Source: Escherichia coli (GTDB taxonomy: Bacteria > Pseudomonadota > Gammaproteobacteria > Enterobacterales > Enterobacteriaceae). From it: a stretch of 64,000 nucleotides of DNA. The notes under the pieces were generated by a model. It was not told the origin of the DNA. It did no database searches and was given only the letters and a program-made list of their open reading frames with translations. The stretch's first letter is position 1. Every line of letters starts with the position of its first letter. This document shows positions 51,420 to 61,725 of this stretch, piece after piece. Where the stretch lies: NCBI RefSeq assembly GCF_003991155.1, contig NZ_CP031293.1; one strand, given 5' to 3'. The position numbers were made by a program, and so were the translations under genes.

Positions 51420-52793
51420 ATGAGTTCCGTCATTGAAACTACTCAATCAACTTCATCCGATTCCTTACCTTTAATACAGCGGATTAGCTACGGCTCACTG
51501 GATGTTGCCGGTAATCTGCTCTACTGTTTTGGCTCTACCTACATTCTTTATTTCTACACCGACGTAGCAGGGATTAGTCTGGCGGTTGCAGGCATAATCC
51601 TACTGCTGGCGCGCATTGTAGACGGTATTGATGCGCCAGTGTGGGGAATCATTATCGATAAAACCCATTCGCGTTATGGAAAATGCCGTCCATGGTTTTT
51701 ATGGTTACCATTACCTTTTGCTGTATTTAGTGCGCTTTCTTTCTGGTCACCCGATATCAGCATGACAGGGAAAGCTGTTTATGCAGCAATATCGTACATG
51801 TTAGCCAGCATTCTGTTCACTGGGTTGAATACACCATTAAGCGCTATATTACCGCTGATGACGCTGTCACCAAAGGAACGCCTGGTATTAAACTCATATC
51901 GCATGACTGGTGGGCAAATTGGCGTACTATTAATGAATGCGACAGCATTGCCATTGGTCGCTTTCCTTGGTAATGGTAACGATAAAGCAGGCTTTATATA
52001 TACTGCCATAGTCTTTGCCGTAATATCCTGTGCCTTAACGTTGTTTGCCTTTAAAAATATTCGCGAACTGGATACCGATAAAATACAGCAAGAACCACGA
52101 CTGCCGATGAAAAAGAGTTTTTCGGCAATGAAAGGGAACTGGCCGTGGCTCCTGATGGTAGTGGCGAACCTTATCTTCTGGATTGCCCTACAGCAGCGCA
52201 ACACTACTATTGTTTACTATTTAACCTACAATCTGGATCGCAAAGATCTGGTCCCGCTGGTTAACAGCCTCGCCACCATTCAGATCCTGTTTATCATTGC
52301 CATTCCGTTCTTCAGTCGCTATCTCACCAAAACCTGGATTTGGATTACCGGGCTGCTGGTTGCGATGTTAGGCGGGGGCCTCATGTGGCTGGCTGCCGAC
52401 AGCATCCCTTTGATGATCGCCGCCTGGGTACTCGCCAATATCGGCAGCGGTATCGCCTGTTCTATGCCTTTCGCGATGCTCGGTTTCGCCGTTGACTTTG
52501 GTCGCTGGAAAACCGGCATTAAAGCTACCGGCATTCTGATCGCCTTCGGCAGCACCTTCTGCATCAAGATGGGCAGTGGTATCGGTACAGCTTTCGCTGC
52601 CTTTATTATGGACAGCTTTGGTTATATCCCCAACCAACAACAGACGGCTGCGGGGTTGGAAGGTATCAGCCTGGCATTTATCTGGGTCCCTGCGCTGCTC
52701 TTTGCTCTCGCGGCTGTACCACTGCTCTTCTTTCGCCAGTATGAAGCGATGGAAGGTCGTATCCAACACGATCTGCAAGCCCACAATCGTTGA
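51420..52793 (+). CDS. GPH-family (glycoside-pentoside-hexuronide:cation symporter) sugar transporter, accessory
   Basis: 457-aa polytopic ORF with MelB/YicJ-like N-terminus; not part of the K-12 rpsT–nhaR region as I recall it. Confidence 0.8.
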   Translation: MSSVIETTQSTSSDSLPLIQRISYGSLDVAGNLLYCFGSTYILYFYTDVAGISLAVAGIILLLARIVDGIDAPVWGIIIDKTHSRYGKCRPWFLWLPLPFAVFSALSFWSPDISMTGKAVYAAISYMLASILFTGLNTPLSAILPLMTLSPKERLVLNSYRMTGGQIGVLLMNATALPLVAFLGNGNDKAGFIYTAIVFAVISCALTLFAFKNIRELDTDKIQQEPRLPMKKSFSAMKGNWPWLLMVVANLIFWIALQQRNTTIVYYLTYNLDRKDLVPLVNSLATIQILFIIAIPFFSRYLTKTWIWITGLLVAMLGGGLMWLAADSIPLMIAAWVLANIGSGIACSMPFAMLGFAVDFGRWKTGIKATGILIAFGSTFCIKMGSGIGTAFAAFIMDSFGYIPNQQQTAAGLEGISLAFIWVPALLFALAAVPLLFFRQYEAMEGRIQHDLQAHNR

Positions 52794-52832
52794 ATTTAAT
52801 CAACATGCCACTTGCTCCTGGGAGGAACAATT

Positions 52833-54872
52833 ATGTCGTTTATTAAGCAAGATCCCCACCGTCTGGTCTGGCAACAAGACGATCGTTATCTCTGGATTGA
52901 AGCCTGGGGCGAAAACAGCTTACGCGTGCGAAGCGGCCGCCATTTACCGGTAATGCGCAATGAAAACTGGGCGTTAACTCAGGATCCTGGCGATGCTGTC
53001 GCTCATATCACCTGGGATGAAAAACAGGCAACGCTGAGAAATGGTAAAATCACTGCCATCGTAAATCTTCAGGGCCAGCTCTCTTTCTGGCGTAATGATG
53101 ATAAATGCCTGCTGCAAGAGTTCTGGCGTCAACGTGGCGAAATTGGTGAAGATGAGTCAGCACACGGCCAATATGTGAGCGCTCTTAATCTACAGGCCCG
53201 TGAATTCAAGCCTATTCCTGGCGGGAAATTTACGATTAAGGCACGATTTGAAGCCAACGATGGCGAGAAACTCTTTGGCATGGGTCAGTATCAGCAACCA
53301 AACCTGGATTTAAAAGGTTGCATGCTGGAGCTGGCACAACGTAACTCGCAGGCTTCTGTTCCCTTCCTGCTATCAAATCAGGGTTATGGTTTTCTGTGGA
53401 ATAACCCAGCAATTGGCCGCGTCACCTTCGCGCAAAACGGTACGGAATGGGTAGCAGAAGTCAGTGAACAACTGGACTACTGGATCACTGCGGGCGATAC
53501 TCCGGCTGAGATCAGTGAAGCCTATGCACGAGTAACCGGTACGCCACCGATGATGCCTGATTACGCAATGGGGTTCTGGCAATGCAAGCTTCGCTATCGT
53601 AATCAACAAGAATTGTTAGAAGTCGCACGCGGCTACAAGCAACGCAATCTTCCGATCTCGGTGATTGTCATCGATTTCTTCCATTGGCCGAATCAGGGTG
53701 ACTGGATGTTCGATCTGCGTGACTGGCCCGATCCCGATGCGATGATCGCCGAATTAAAAGAAATGGGTATCGAACTGATGGTTTCATTCTGGCCTACCGT
53801 AGATAACCGTACCGAGAGTTATCGGGAGATGAAAGAAAACGGCTGGCTAGTCCACACCGAGCGTGGTTTGCCTATCAATATGGATTTCCTTGGCAACACC
53901 ACGTTCTTTGATGCGACACATCCTGGCGCACGGGAATATGTCTGGAACAAAGCCAAACGCAATTATTACGATAAAGGCGTGAAACTGTTCTGGCTGGATG
54001 AAGCCGAGCCAGAGTTCGGTGTTTACGATTATGACAACTATCGTTACTACGCAGGGCCAGTGCTGGAAGTCGGTAATATCTATCCGCGTATGTACGCCAA
54101 AACGTTCTTCGATGGCATGCAGGCAGCCGGAGAAAAGCAGGTGATCAATTTGCTACGCTGCGCCTGGGCCGGTAGTCAGAAATATGGTGCCCTGGTGTGG
54201 TCAGGCGATATCCACTCCTCCTTCCGTTCTCTGCGCAATCAGTTTGCTGCGGGGCTGAACATGGGAATTGCCGGGATCCCGTGGTGGACGACGGATATTG
54301 GCGGTTTCCACGGTGGCAACATACATGATCCAAAATTTCATGAACTGCTTATTCGCTGGTTCCAGTGGGGGGTATTCAGCCCAGTAATGCGTTTACATGG
54401 CAACCGCGACCCGCAAGTTTTGCCTGAACAACCCTATCGTGATGGCATCGCACAATGTCCGACTGGCGCGCCGAATGAAGTCTGGAGCTATGGTGAAGAA
54501 ACCGGTGAAATTCTCACTTCCTGCCTGCAGTTGCGTGAGAAGCTGAAACCTTATATCAGTAAAATTATGGCTGAGACGCACGAGAAGAACAGCCCGGTAA
54601 TGCGCACGATGTTCTTTGAGTTTCCAGACCAGGCAGAAAGCTGGAATATTTATGATCAGTACTGCTTTGGCCCGGACCTTCTCGTTGCCCCTGTAATGCA
54701 CGAAGGTACACGTTCACGTGATGTCTGGTTGCCTGCCGGAGAGACATGGATCGATTTTTATACCCATGAACACTACGCGGGTGGGCAAAAGCTTCATCAT
54801 TGCGCGCCGCTGCACCAGATACCGGTATTCATTCGTGAGAAAGGGAAATATCGCCAGTTATTACCCGTTTAA
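52833..54872 (+). CDS. Glycoside hydrolase family 31 (alpha-glucosidase / alpha-xylosidase-like), accessory
   Basis: ORF-track frame 52812-54872; start placed at the ATG after SD GGGAGGA (MSFIKQDPHRL); GH31-like FWLDEAEPE and WSGDI segments; 19 bp after the transporter. Confidence 0.8.
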   Translation: MSFIKQDPHRLVWQQDDRYLWIEAWGENSLRVRSGRHLPVMRNENWALTQDPGDAVAHITWDEKQATLRNGKITAIVNLQGQLSFWRNDDKCLLQEFWRQRGEIGEDESAHGQYVSALNLQAREFKPIPGGKFTIKARFEANDGEKLFGMGQYQQPNLDLKGCMLELAQRNSQASVPFLLSNQGYGFLWNNPAIGRVTFAQNGTEWVAEVSEQLDYWITAGDTPAEISEAYARVTGTPPMMPDYAMGFWQCKLRYRNQQELLEVARGYKQRNLPISVIVIDFFHWPNQGDWMFDLRDWPDPDAMIAELKEMGIELMVSFWPTVDNRTESYREMKENGWLVHTERGLPINMDFLGNTTFFDATHPGAREYVWNKAKRNYYDKGVKLFWLDEAEPEFGVYDYDNYRYYAGPVLEVGNIYPRMYAKTFFDGMQAAGEKQVINLLRCAWAGSQKYGALVWSGDIHSSFRSLRNQFAAGLNMGIAGIPWWTTDIGGFHGGNIHDPKFHELLIRWFQWGVFSPVMRLHGNRDPQVLPEQPYRDGIAQCPTGAPNEVWSYGEETGEILTSCLQLREKLKPYISKIMAETHEKNSPVMRTMFFEFPDQAESWNIYDQYCFGPDLLVAPVMHEGTRSRDVWLPAGETWIDFYTHEHYAGGQKLHHCAPLHQIPVFIREKGKYRQLLPV

Positions 54873-54892
54873 AGGACATCGTTTGTTCATTA

Positions 54893-54925
54893 GCACGCCC
54901 CGTATATAGCGGGGCGTGAGTTTTA
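54893..54925. terminator. Bidirectional terminator between the GH31 gene and nhaR
   Basis: ACGCCCC-GTATATAG-CGGGGCGT hairpin with flanking A/T runs. Confidence 0.7.
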
Positions 54926-54929
54926 ATAT

Positions 54930-55835
54930 CTATCGTGAGGCGGGAGAAAACAACGAAGAATAATCCGTATTGCAGATTCGCTGTACCGCCGGGTGCTGAA
55001 TCATCCGCTCAGCAAAAATAGCATGGTACTCTTCCATCACATTTTCGACGCGACCAATTTCTACGACAGTTTTATCGGCATAAAAGTCATATGCATAAAG
55101 CGTTGGGGCAACGAAGATTGCATTGTGCATCGCACCAAAAGCTTTCATCAACGCGGCATCATCAAACTCGCCGAGGATTTCTACGTTTAATCCCTGGGAG
55201 TTAAACCAGTTAAGCAATTTGCGCCCTAACATTGAACGTCGCCCAGGAATCAAAAGCCGCCGTTCTTCCAGACAAGCCGGGAACGGTTTTTCCGGTGGTG
55301 GATTTGTACACCAGAAACTCACGCCACATTCGCCAATTCTCACGGAGAACAGACCTTCCTGCTGCGTAGAATCTATCGGACAGTCGGAAATGATCATATC
55401 CAGTTTATGCTGACTTAATTGCTCCAGCAGCATTTCGTGGGTGGATTCGAAGCAGCGAAGATGAATCGGCTCGCCTTCTACCACTGCGGCGTTAAGTACG
55501 CTACTGACCAGGCGTTTAGAAAGTGCATCAGCCACGCCAACGTCAAACAATAAATTGGATTCTTTGCGATAGTTCACGATATCCAGCATTTCCTGGCTTA
55601 AGGTGAACATTTTATCGGCATAGCGATAGACCAGCTCTCCCAGCTCGCTGGGTTCGAGACCACGTCCCTTGCGCTTAAATAATTTGCCTTGCAGGCGCTC
55701 TTCCAGCGCCCGAATCTGTCCGGTAATGGTTTGTGGTGTTAAATAAAGCGCCTCCGCTGCGCCAACCACGGAACCTTCTTTATAGACATGCCAGAAGTAA
55801 TACAAGTGGTTGTAATTGATATGAGACATGCTCAT
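54930..55835 (-). CDS. nhaR: LysR-type regulator of nhaA
   Basis: ORF-track frame 54930-55853; start placed at [30 protein letters not shown], giving 301 aa. Confidence 0.95.
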   Translation of the reverse strand: MSMSHINYNHLYYFWHVYKEGSVVGAAEALYLTPQTITGQIRALEERLQGKLFKRKGRGLEPSELGELVYRYADKMFTLSQEMLDIVNYRKESNLLFDVGVADALSKRLVSSVLNAAVVEGEPIHLRCFESTHEMLLEQLSQHKLDMIISDCPIDSTQQEGLFSVRIGECGVSFWCTNPPPEKPFPACLEERRLLIPGRRSMLGRKLLNWFNSQGLNVEILGEFDDAALMKAFGAMHNAIFVAPTLYAYDFYADKTVVEIGRVENVMEEYHAIFAERMIQHPAVQRICNTDYSSLFSPASR

Positions 55836-55894
55836 TTCTCTCCCTGATAACAATGAAAAGGGAGCCGTTTATGGCTCCCCGGTAAACCGTCCTG

Positions 55895-57061
55895 TCAAAC
55901 TGATGGACGCAAACGAACGCGTAACCAGCTGTATCCAATTACCGCCGAAGAGATAGAACCGACCAGGATACCGAGTTTCGCCCAGTTAATCAGTTCTGGA
56001 TCTACGCTACCAAAGGCAAGGCTGGCAATAAAGATAGACATAGTAAAACCGATACCGCACAGGATCCCCACCGCCATAATTTGCTGATAAGTCGTTCCCT
56101 CAGGCAGATGCGCCAGTTTCAAACGCAGCGCCAACCAGCAGAACAGACTAATACCCAGTGGCTTGCCAATCAGCAAACCGGCGATGATCCCTAATGGCAG
56201 AATGGAGGTCAGGCCATCCAGCGTCACGCCTTGCAGAGATACCCCCGCATTGGCAAACGCAAACAGCGGCAAAATCAGATATGCCACCCACGGATGCAAA
56301 ACATGCTCCAGACGTTTAGCCGGAGAGCGCCCATGCTTCTCTTTTAACGGAATAAAGAAGCCGACAATGACGCCAGCCAGGGTTGCATGGACACCTGATT
56401 TCAACACCGCTGTCCACAGTACCACGCCAACCAGAATATAAACGCCCGTGCGACGAACACCACAGATATTCAGTACCGCGAGTACCGCAATTGCTACAGC
56501 CGCGACGCCAAGAGAGGCCATCGATAAGTCATTAGTGTAGAACAATGCGATGATAATGATGGCCCCAAGATCGTCGATAATAGCCAGAGCCATCAAAAAG
56601 ATCTTCAGCGCTAACGGAACACGACTTCCCAATAGCGCCAGCACACCAAGTGCAAAAGCAATGTCAGTAGCCGCCGGGATCGCCCACCCTTCGCGGGTAA
56701 TCGGATCGGCATAGTTAAAGGCCAGATAGAGCAATGCCGGCACAATCATCCCACCAATAGCGGCGATAACTGGAAATGCGGCCTGGCGTAAGCTGGCTAG
56801 CGATCCTTGCATCAGTTCACGTTTAACTTCCAGACCGACTAACAGGAAAAATACCGCCATCAGCGCGTCATTTATCCATAACAGCATGTTTTTGTTGATT
56901 TCGAGTGAACCAACCCGGAGCTGAACCGGCGTCTCCAGAAAGTCGTGATACCATCCACTGGTTGCGCCGCTATTGGCCATAATCATCGCCAGGATAGCGG
57001 CAATGATAAGAATAATGCCTCCCGAGGCATCACTGCTAAAGAATCGATGCAGATGTTTCAC
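55895..57061 (-). CDS. nhaA: Na+/H+ antiporter NhaA
   Basis: 388-aa ORF beginning [31 protein letters not shown]. Confidence 0.96.
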   Translation of the reverse strand: MKHLHRFFSSDASGGIILIIAAILAMIMANSGATSGWYHDFLETPVQLRVGSLEINKNMLLWINDALMAVFFLLVGLEVKRELMQGSLASLRQAAFPVIAAIGGMIVPALLYLAFNYADPITREGWAIPAATDIAFALGVLALLGSRVPLALKIFLMALAIIDDLGAIIIIALFYTNDLSMASLGVAAVAIAVLAVLNICGVRRTGVYILVGVVLWTAVLKSGVHATLAGVIVGFFIPLKEKHGRSPAKRLEHVLHPWVAYLILPLFAFANAGVSLQGVTLDGLTSILPLGIIAGLLIGKPLGISLFCWLALRLKLAHLPEGTTYQQIMAVGILCGIGFTMSIFIASLAFGSVDPELINWAKLGILVGSISSAVIGYSWLRVRLRPSV

Positions 57062-57312
57062 TTTTTATTTCTCTTTCAGGTGAATAGATCGTTTTTACTA
57101 TTTTACCCCGCACGAATCATCGTTAAAATCAGATTATAGTGTAGGAATAATTCGTTTTTTACGAACCATTGAAGGATTTGTGCCATCAGCGATGAGATGA
57201 GTTTTTGACGGCTGTAAGCGCTCACGAGTGACCCTAAGCCCTGATAATCATAGCTTAAGGTCAGGATTTCTGAGGGATTAATTAGGAAAAGTAATAATAA
57301 AATCGCACTGTG

Positions 57313-58557
57313 CTATAGCTGTTTATTCCAGAGATGCTTGAAAATATCTAATGTTGAGACAACATTGGCAGGCGACATTCGGTTTAATGAGGGTAGAAAG
57401 GGATGAGCCTCCAGGAAGTTGATAAAACGAGTCGCGCTTGCTAACGTCGAATACCGCATTTCATTTGCTTTCTTGTTTCCTGTAAGGTTACAAACAGCCA
57501 TTGAATAATCACGGGCGGAAAATGTACGCCAAACATTATTTCTCACGCCACCACTCAAAAACAACCGCGGCGGCGTATCATAATGAGTCGTTTTCTCGCC
57601 GCGTTCTTTCACAAATGAAATATGGCACCGGCCTTGATGAATATGCTGTAAATTAGCCATTAGACAACCGCCTAATATAAAGCACTCGTGATCAAGGTAG
57701 TGTTGAATATTTATAGAATATGCTTCAGTCAGTGCTCTAACCAGTTCAAAATGGCGATACGCCGGAAGAACCGGTTTCACCAGCATCCCCGGATCGTTTT
57801 GATGTAATATCGCCCGACCATAATCAATATCAAATAAGGTATCACGCCGCATAGTAAGTAACTCCTTGCGTTGTACGTGATGCGCCAGTGTCCCTGGAGA
57901 CAAACGCTCTTCATAACTTGATGCATATTGATAATGCGACTCTACCGCTGATGAAGAATAATTTGTTGAAATAGCGACGACTCTACCGCTTTGTTCTTCT
58001 GCGGTAACAAGACTATAAAGATAGTTGTTACTACCGTTAAACTTTACGCGAAAAGCGCGGGTAGATAGAGAAATATCAGAAGCAGAAGAGTATTGGCAAC
58101 TTTCTTTATAGTTTACTTCCCGGGCTAGTTTCATCAACTCACGGTTAAGCCCTGTGCTATTAAGAAGTAATAATTTACGGATATCTGCAAGTGAAGCACC
58201 TTGATCAATCATCAATGCTAAATGTGTTCTTCGCGGCGTTGTATTTACATGATCCAGAGTGATAAAAGTTCTGGAACAATGATGACAATACATTCTCCTC
58301 TGCCCCTGAGCTGAATAGCCATACTTTTTCAGAGATGTGCTTCCGCAAGCTGGACATTGTGAAACCACCCCTCTCCATGAATGATTAACACGATTACGAT
58401 AAATATTAAGAGATCGTTCAGATATCACAGGAAACAAGTAACCGCATTCCCGACATAAAATATTTTTGCCTTGTGCAATATAATCCTGGCTATTCAACAA
58501 CCCCAGGTTTTTGCATCCTGGTGTTTTGCAACAATCAACATTTACGTTGGTAAACAT
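57313..58557 (-). CDS. Hypothetical Cys-rich protein with two N-terminal zinc-ribbon-like CxxC pairs (InsA-like finger), accessory
   Basis: ORF-track frame 57313-58593 (426 aa); start placed at the internal ATG with SD AGGGAG (MFTNVNVDCCKTPGC...), giving 414 aa; CRECG, CPACGSTSLKKYGYSAQGQRRMYCHHCSRTF; no CxxxCxxC radical-SAM motif. Confidence 0.6.
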   Translation of the reverse strand: MFTNVNVDCCKTPGCKNLGLLNSQDYIAQGKNILCRECGYLFPVISERSLNIYRNRVNHSWRGVVSQCPACGSTSLKKYGYSAQGQRRMYCHHCSRTFITLDHVNTTPRRTHLALMIDQGASLADIRKLLLLNSTGLNRELMKLAREVNYKESCQYSSASDISLSTRAFRVKFNGSNNYLYSLVTAEEQSGRVVAISTNYSSSAVESHYQYASSYEERLSPGTLAHHVQRKELLTMRRDTLFDIDYGRAILHQNDPGMLVKPVLPAYRHFELVRALTEAYSINIQHYLDHECFILGGCLMANLQHIHQGRCHISFVKERGEKTTHYDTPPRLFLSGGVRNNVWRTFSARDYSMAVCNLTGNKKANEMRYSTLASATRFINFLEAHPFLPSLNRMSPANVVSTLDIFKHLWNKQL

Positions 58558-58686
58558 ATTCACTCCCTGCGAATACCCGGATATTATCGTCATATGTCAA
58601 AGAAAAGAACCTGATTCAATGTGTAACATTGAATCAGGCGGGCATAGCCCTGAAAGGCATACATTACATTTATTATGGTTATCAGA

Positions 58687-60180
58687 TTAGCCCCAGGTTA
58701 CCGCTTCCGGTTTATCACCTCTGGCTTTCATTAATGAATCATTATCAATATCGGCTTTATACTTTAAGAACTTACCATACATTTGTTTTTCAATGTCTGG
58801 ATTTTTACCTATCTGATTAATGGTCTCAAAACGATCGGTTTTGAGGTTGTATAGGTACTTTGGCTTATTGTTACGATCGATGATCATTTTCCAGTCACCA
58901 TCACGTATCGCCCATTCGTCGGTTGGATCATCCTGGAATGGCATGTCAATTCCGAAGATTAATGGCTTTTCACGTTTTAGCGCTTTGTTCTCAAGGACAG
59001 GAACCAACGATTCGCCATCAAAAGTGCGGTCTGTCGGTAATTTGAAGTTCATCATTTTCGCCAGCGTAGGCATCCAGTCCAGCCCATAAACAGGCGTATC
59101 TGAAACCATTCCCTTTGGAAGATGCTTTCCGTATTTAATAATCGCCGGAACACGGATGCCACCTTCCCAGAGATTATCCTTGCGACCACGTAATCCATCA
59201 GTTTCCCCTGCCAAATTCAGTTCATAAACTTTACGTGCTTCACGGGTTACTGGGCCGTTATCACTGGTAAAAATAACGATGGTGTTATCTTCTTCACCCA
59301 TCGCTTTGATTTTATCCAGTACTTTTCCAACCTGAGCATCCAGATAACTGATGTTGGCATAATATTCTCCTGGACCACGCCAGGGTTTATCCGCCCAGTC
59401 GCCATAAAATAAATCAGGATGCTGCTTCTGATATTCGCTCATATATTGTGAGTACATGTCGAGGTATTTTTTGGGCGAAGCCAGGGGACTGTGCACTTCG
59501 GTAAAAGCGACATAAAGGAAGAAAGGCTTACTGTCCTTTTTGTTATCCAACCAGTTGACGACTTCCGAACTGACATACTCACCACTCATTTTATCGGAAC
59601 GTGGTGTGGGTTGCCCGTTACGCAACCAGCCCGTTGGATAGACCATGCCAAAACGGGGACGCTCCTTCGCATTATCCAGAGTAGCGTCGGTAACAAAACC
59701 CGCCGTATTAACCAGTGAGTAATCAAAGCCCATATCTTTTGCCTGCGGCTGATCGGTGCGATCGCCGCCTGCATTCAGATGCAGCTTACCCATCATGGCC
59801 GTGTCGTACCCTTGCGCTTTGAGTAGATTAGCAATCGTGAGTTCATTACGCCCTAATGCCACATCTTTTCCCGTTGGGATCCATGAGCGTATGCCGGTAC
59901 GAAATGGCATCCGCCCTGTTAATAGTCCCGCCCGTGAAGGAGAACTTAAGGGGGCAGGTGCATAATAGTCGGTAAATTTGACGCCTTCCTGGGCAAGCCT
60001 GTCTATATTGGGCGTTTTAACGATCTGATGTCCATATGTTGCCAAATCACCATAGCCTAAATCATCCGCCATAATGATGACTAAATTGGGTTGTTTAGTT
60101 TCGGCGGCTACGGCTGGATTAAAAGCATTCCCTGTGCAAACTGCAAGGCCGATCAAACTGGCCATTAATGTTTTCTGCAT
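58687..60180 (-). CDS. Ser-type sulfatase (periplasmic), accessory
   Basis: ORF-track frame 58687-60216; start placed at MQKTLMASLIGLAVC (signal peptide), giving 497 aa; sulfatase signature SSPSRAGLLTGR with Ser at the formylglycine position; IIMADDLGYGD N-terminal motif. Confidence 0.85.
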   Translation of the reverse strand: MQKTLMASLIGLAVCTGNAFNPAVAAETKQPNLVIIMADDLGYGDLATYGHQIVKTPNIDRLAQEGVKFTDYYAPAPLSSPSRAGLLTGRMPFRTGIRSWIPTGKDVALGRNELTIANLLKAQGYDTAMMGKLHLNAGGDRTDQPQAKDMGFDYSLVNTAGFVTDATLDNAKERPRFGMVYPTGWLRNGQPTPRSDKMSGEYVSSEVVNWLDNKKDSKPFFLYVAFTEVHSPLASPKKYLDMYSQYMSEYQKQHPDLFYGDWADKPWRGPGEYYANISYLDAQVGKVLDKIKAMGEEDNTIVIFTSDNGPVTREARKVYELNLAGETDGLRGRKDNLWEGGIRVPAIIKYGKHLPKGMVSDTPVYGLDWMPTLAKMMNFKLPTDRTFDGESLVPVLENKALKREKPLIFGIDMPFQDDPTDEWAIRDGDWKMIIDRNNKPKYLYNLKTDRFETINQIGKNPDIEKQMYGKFLKYKADIDNDSLMKARGDKPEAVTWG

Positions 60181-60199
60181 AATTATTCCCTGATGAAAA

Positions 60200-60961
60200 T
60201 TAGAAATCATAACCAAGCATATAAATCATTTGATCGCCAAAACCATCGTAGCCCAACTTATTATCGAAATAACGCCACGTCACACTGGCTTTCCAGCGAG
60301 GATAGAACTTCCAGGCCACTGTTAAACCGCCATTTAGCCCATTCCGACCAAATTGTTGTTCCGCATAGGCATCATTTCTGTCCAGTTCTATTTCATTCCA
60401 GTTAGATAAAACAAATTTTTCGTCAAATAACGTAAAAGGTAATACTGCTGTCCAGCCAACAACATAACCATTCCAGCCATTTGTTTGTCCATATTTGGCT
60501 GAGACGTAGTCTCCAGATTGATTATGCAATCCAATATACGGTTTAAAAAACCCCCATGAACCATTCCAGCCGAGGTAGCCCAAACCATAAAACATATCAA
60601 GATCGTCACCCCATGAGTTATCCCATTGACCATAGATCTTGCCAAAGAAAGTCATATTGGAGTCAAAGAGTCTGACATGTGTCATAGCAGAAACGGTATG
60701 ATTACGCCCCGCTACGGCATGGTTAAGCACATTGCTTTCATAAAATGAGTAAAACTCGGCTTCTTTAAAATTCACACCAAAGTCTGCAGTCACTTTCCAT
60801 ACTTCACCACGATGAGTGTTAACGAAGCCACTATTCCAGTCAGCATAACCTGCATTTATTGAGCCAAAGGAACCTTTATATTCTAATGAAGAATATGCAG
60901 GAAGGTGATAGAAAATCGTTGTCAGGGCACACGCAATAAGAAGCCGTCTTTTGGCAGACAT
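60200..60961 (-). CDS. Tsx-like outer-membrane beta-barrel channel, accessory
   Basis: 253-aa ORF with signal peptide, W/Y/G/N-rich alternating segments, C-terminal aromatic (…LGYDF) typical of OM beta-barrels; resembles the Tsx C-terminus (…VGYNF). Confidence 0.65.
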   Translation of the reverse strand: MSAKRRLLIACALTTIFYHLPAYSSLEYKGSFGSINAGYADWNSGFVNTHRGEVWKVTADFGVNFKEAEFYSFYESNVLNHAVAGRNHTVSAMTHVRLFDSNMTFFGKIYGQWDNSWGDDLDMFYGLGYLGWNGSWGFFKPYIGLHNQSGDYVSAKYGQTNGWNGYVVGWTAVLPFTLFDEKFVLSNWNEIELDRNDAYAEQQFGRNGLNGGLTVAWKFYPRWKASVTWRYFDNKLGYDGFGDQMIYMLGYDF

Positions 60962-61469
60962 ATAATATGCTCTCCATTCATTGTTTTTATGGTTCCATAG
61001 AAATCAATACATCAGATAATTCATTTTGATTAAGAACGACTCAGAAAGTATATTTAAAGGTGAATGGCAAAGCGTGATGGAGATCGCAGATTACTTTTAC
61101 CCCCGGGTGTGGAGGTATCGTGTTTCAAAAAATGTGTCGATTTTAAATATCACTCATTGATTTATAAACATTTTTCCTCACAAAAAGAAAATTCAATTCT
61201 GTACAAGAATATTTTGTATCTTCTATTACTTTCTCCAGTAATAACTCACCATTCAGGCATAACTTAAACCTCTTGTTCATAATCTCAACTTTTGTAAATG
61301 AAAACGCACATAAGAGTTAAAATAAACAATGTACTAAAGATTGATTACGCAAAAATGCGAGGCGTCTTCAGGATTAGAATCGATAAAACAGAATGGGTTA
61401 AAGAGAGCGATATAATAGCGGCGGGTGCTTGAGGCTGTCTGTCTCAGGCATTAGCTGAACGGCAGATAG

Positions 61470-61540
61470 AGAAAAGCCCCGAGTGATATTTTACCATCAA
61501 CCCGAGGCCCCCTATATGCAGAACACATGTAGAGTGCCTC
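61470..61540 (-). ncRNA. sokC: Putative SokC antisense RNA (approximate)
   Basis: Placed by analogy with hok/sok loci, where Sok is antisense to the mok translation-initiation region; boundaries not determined from the sequence. Confidence 0.3.
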
Positions 61541-61725
61541 TTACTGACCGTAAGGTCAAGGAGAAGAGAGCAATGAAGCAGCATAAGGCGATGATTGTCG
61601 CCCTGATCGTCATCTGTATCACCGCCGTAGTGGCGGCGCTGGTAACGAGAAAAGACCTCTGTGAGGTTCACATCCGAACTGGCCAGACGGAGGTTGCTGT
61701 TTTCACGGCTTACGAATCCGAGTAA
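61516..61725 (+). CDS. mokC: MokC, regulatory ORF overlapping hokC
   Basis: ORF-track frame 61483-61725; Met at MQNTCRVPLTDRKVKEKRA, running into the Hok frame. Confidence 0.7.
   Translation: MQNTCRVPLTDRKVKEKRAMKQHKAMIVALIVICITAVVAALVTRKDLCEVHIRTGQTEVAVFTAYESE
61573..61725 (+). CDS. hokC: HokC small membrane toxin (type I toxin-antitoxin)
   Basis: MKQHKAMIVALIVICITAVVAALVTRKDLCEVHIRTGQTEVAVFTAYESE, 50 aa; Hok/Gef family. Confidence 0.88.
   Translation: MKQHKAMIVALIVICITAVVAALVTRKDLCEVHIRTGQTEVAVFTAYESE

Noticed and set aside
57313-58593. Radical-SAM sulfatase maturase (AslB/AtsB-like) call for the ORF next to the sulfatase
   Set aside because: No CxxxCxxC motif; the cysteines are arranged as CxxC pairs typical of zinc ribbons.
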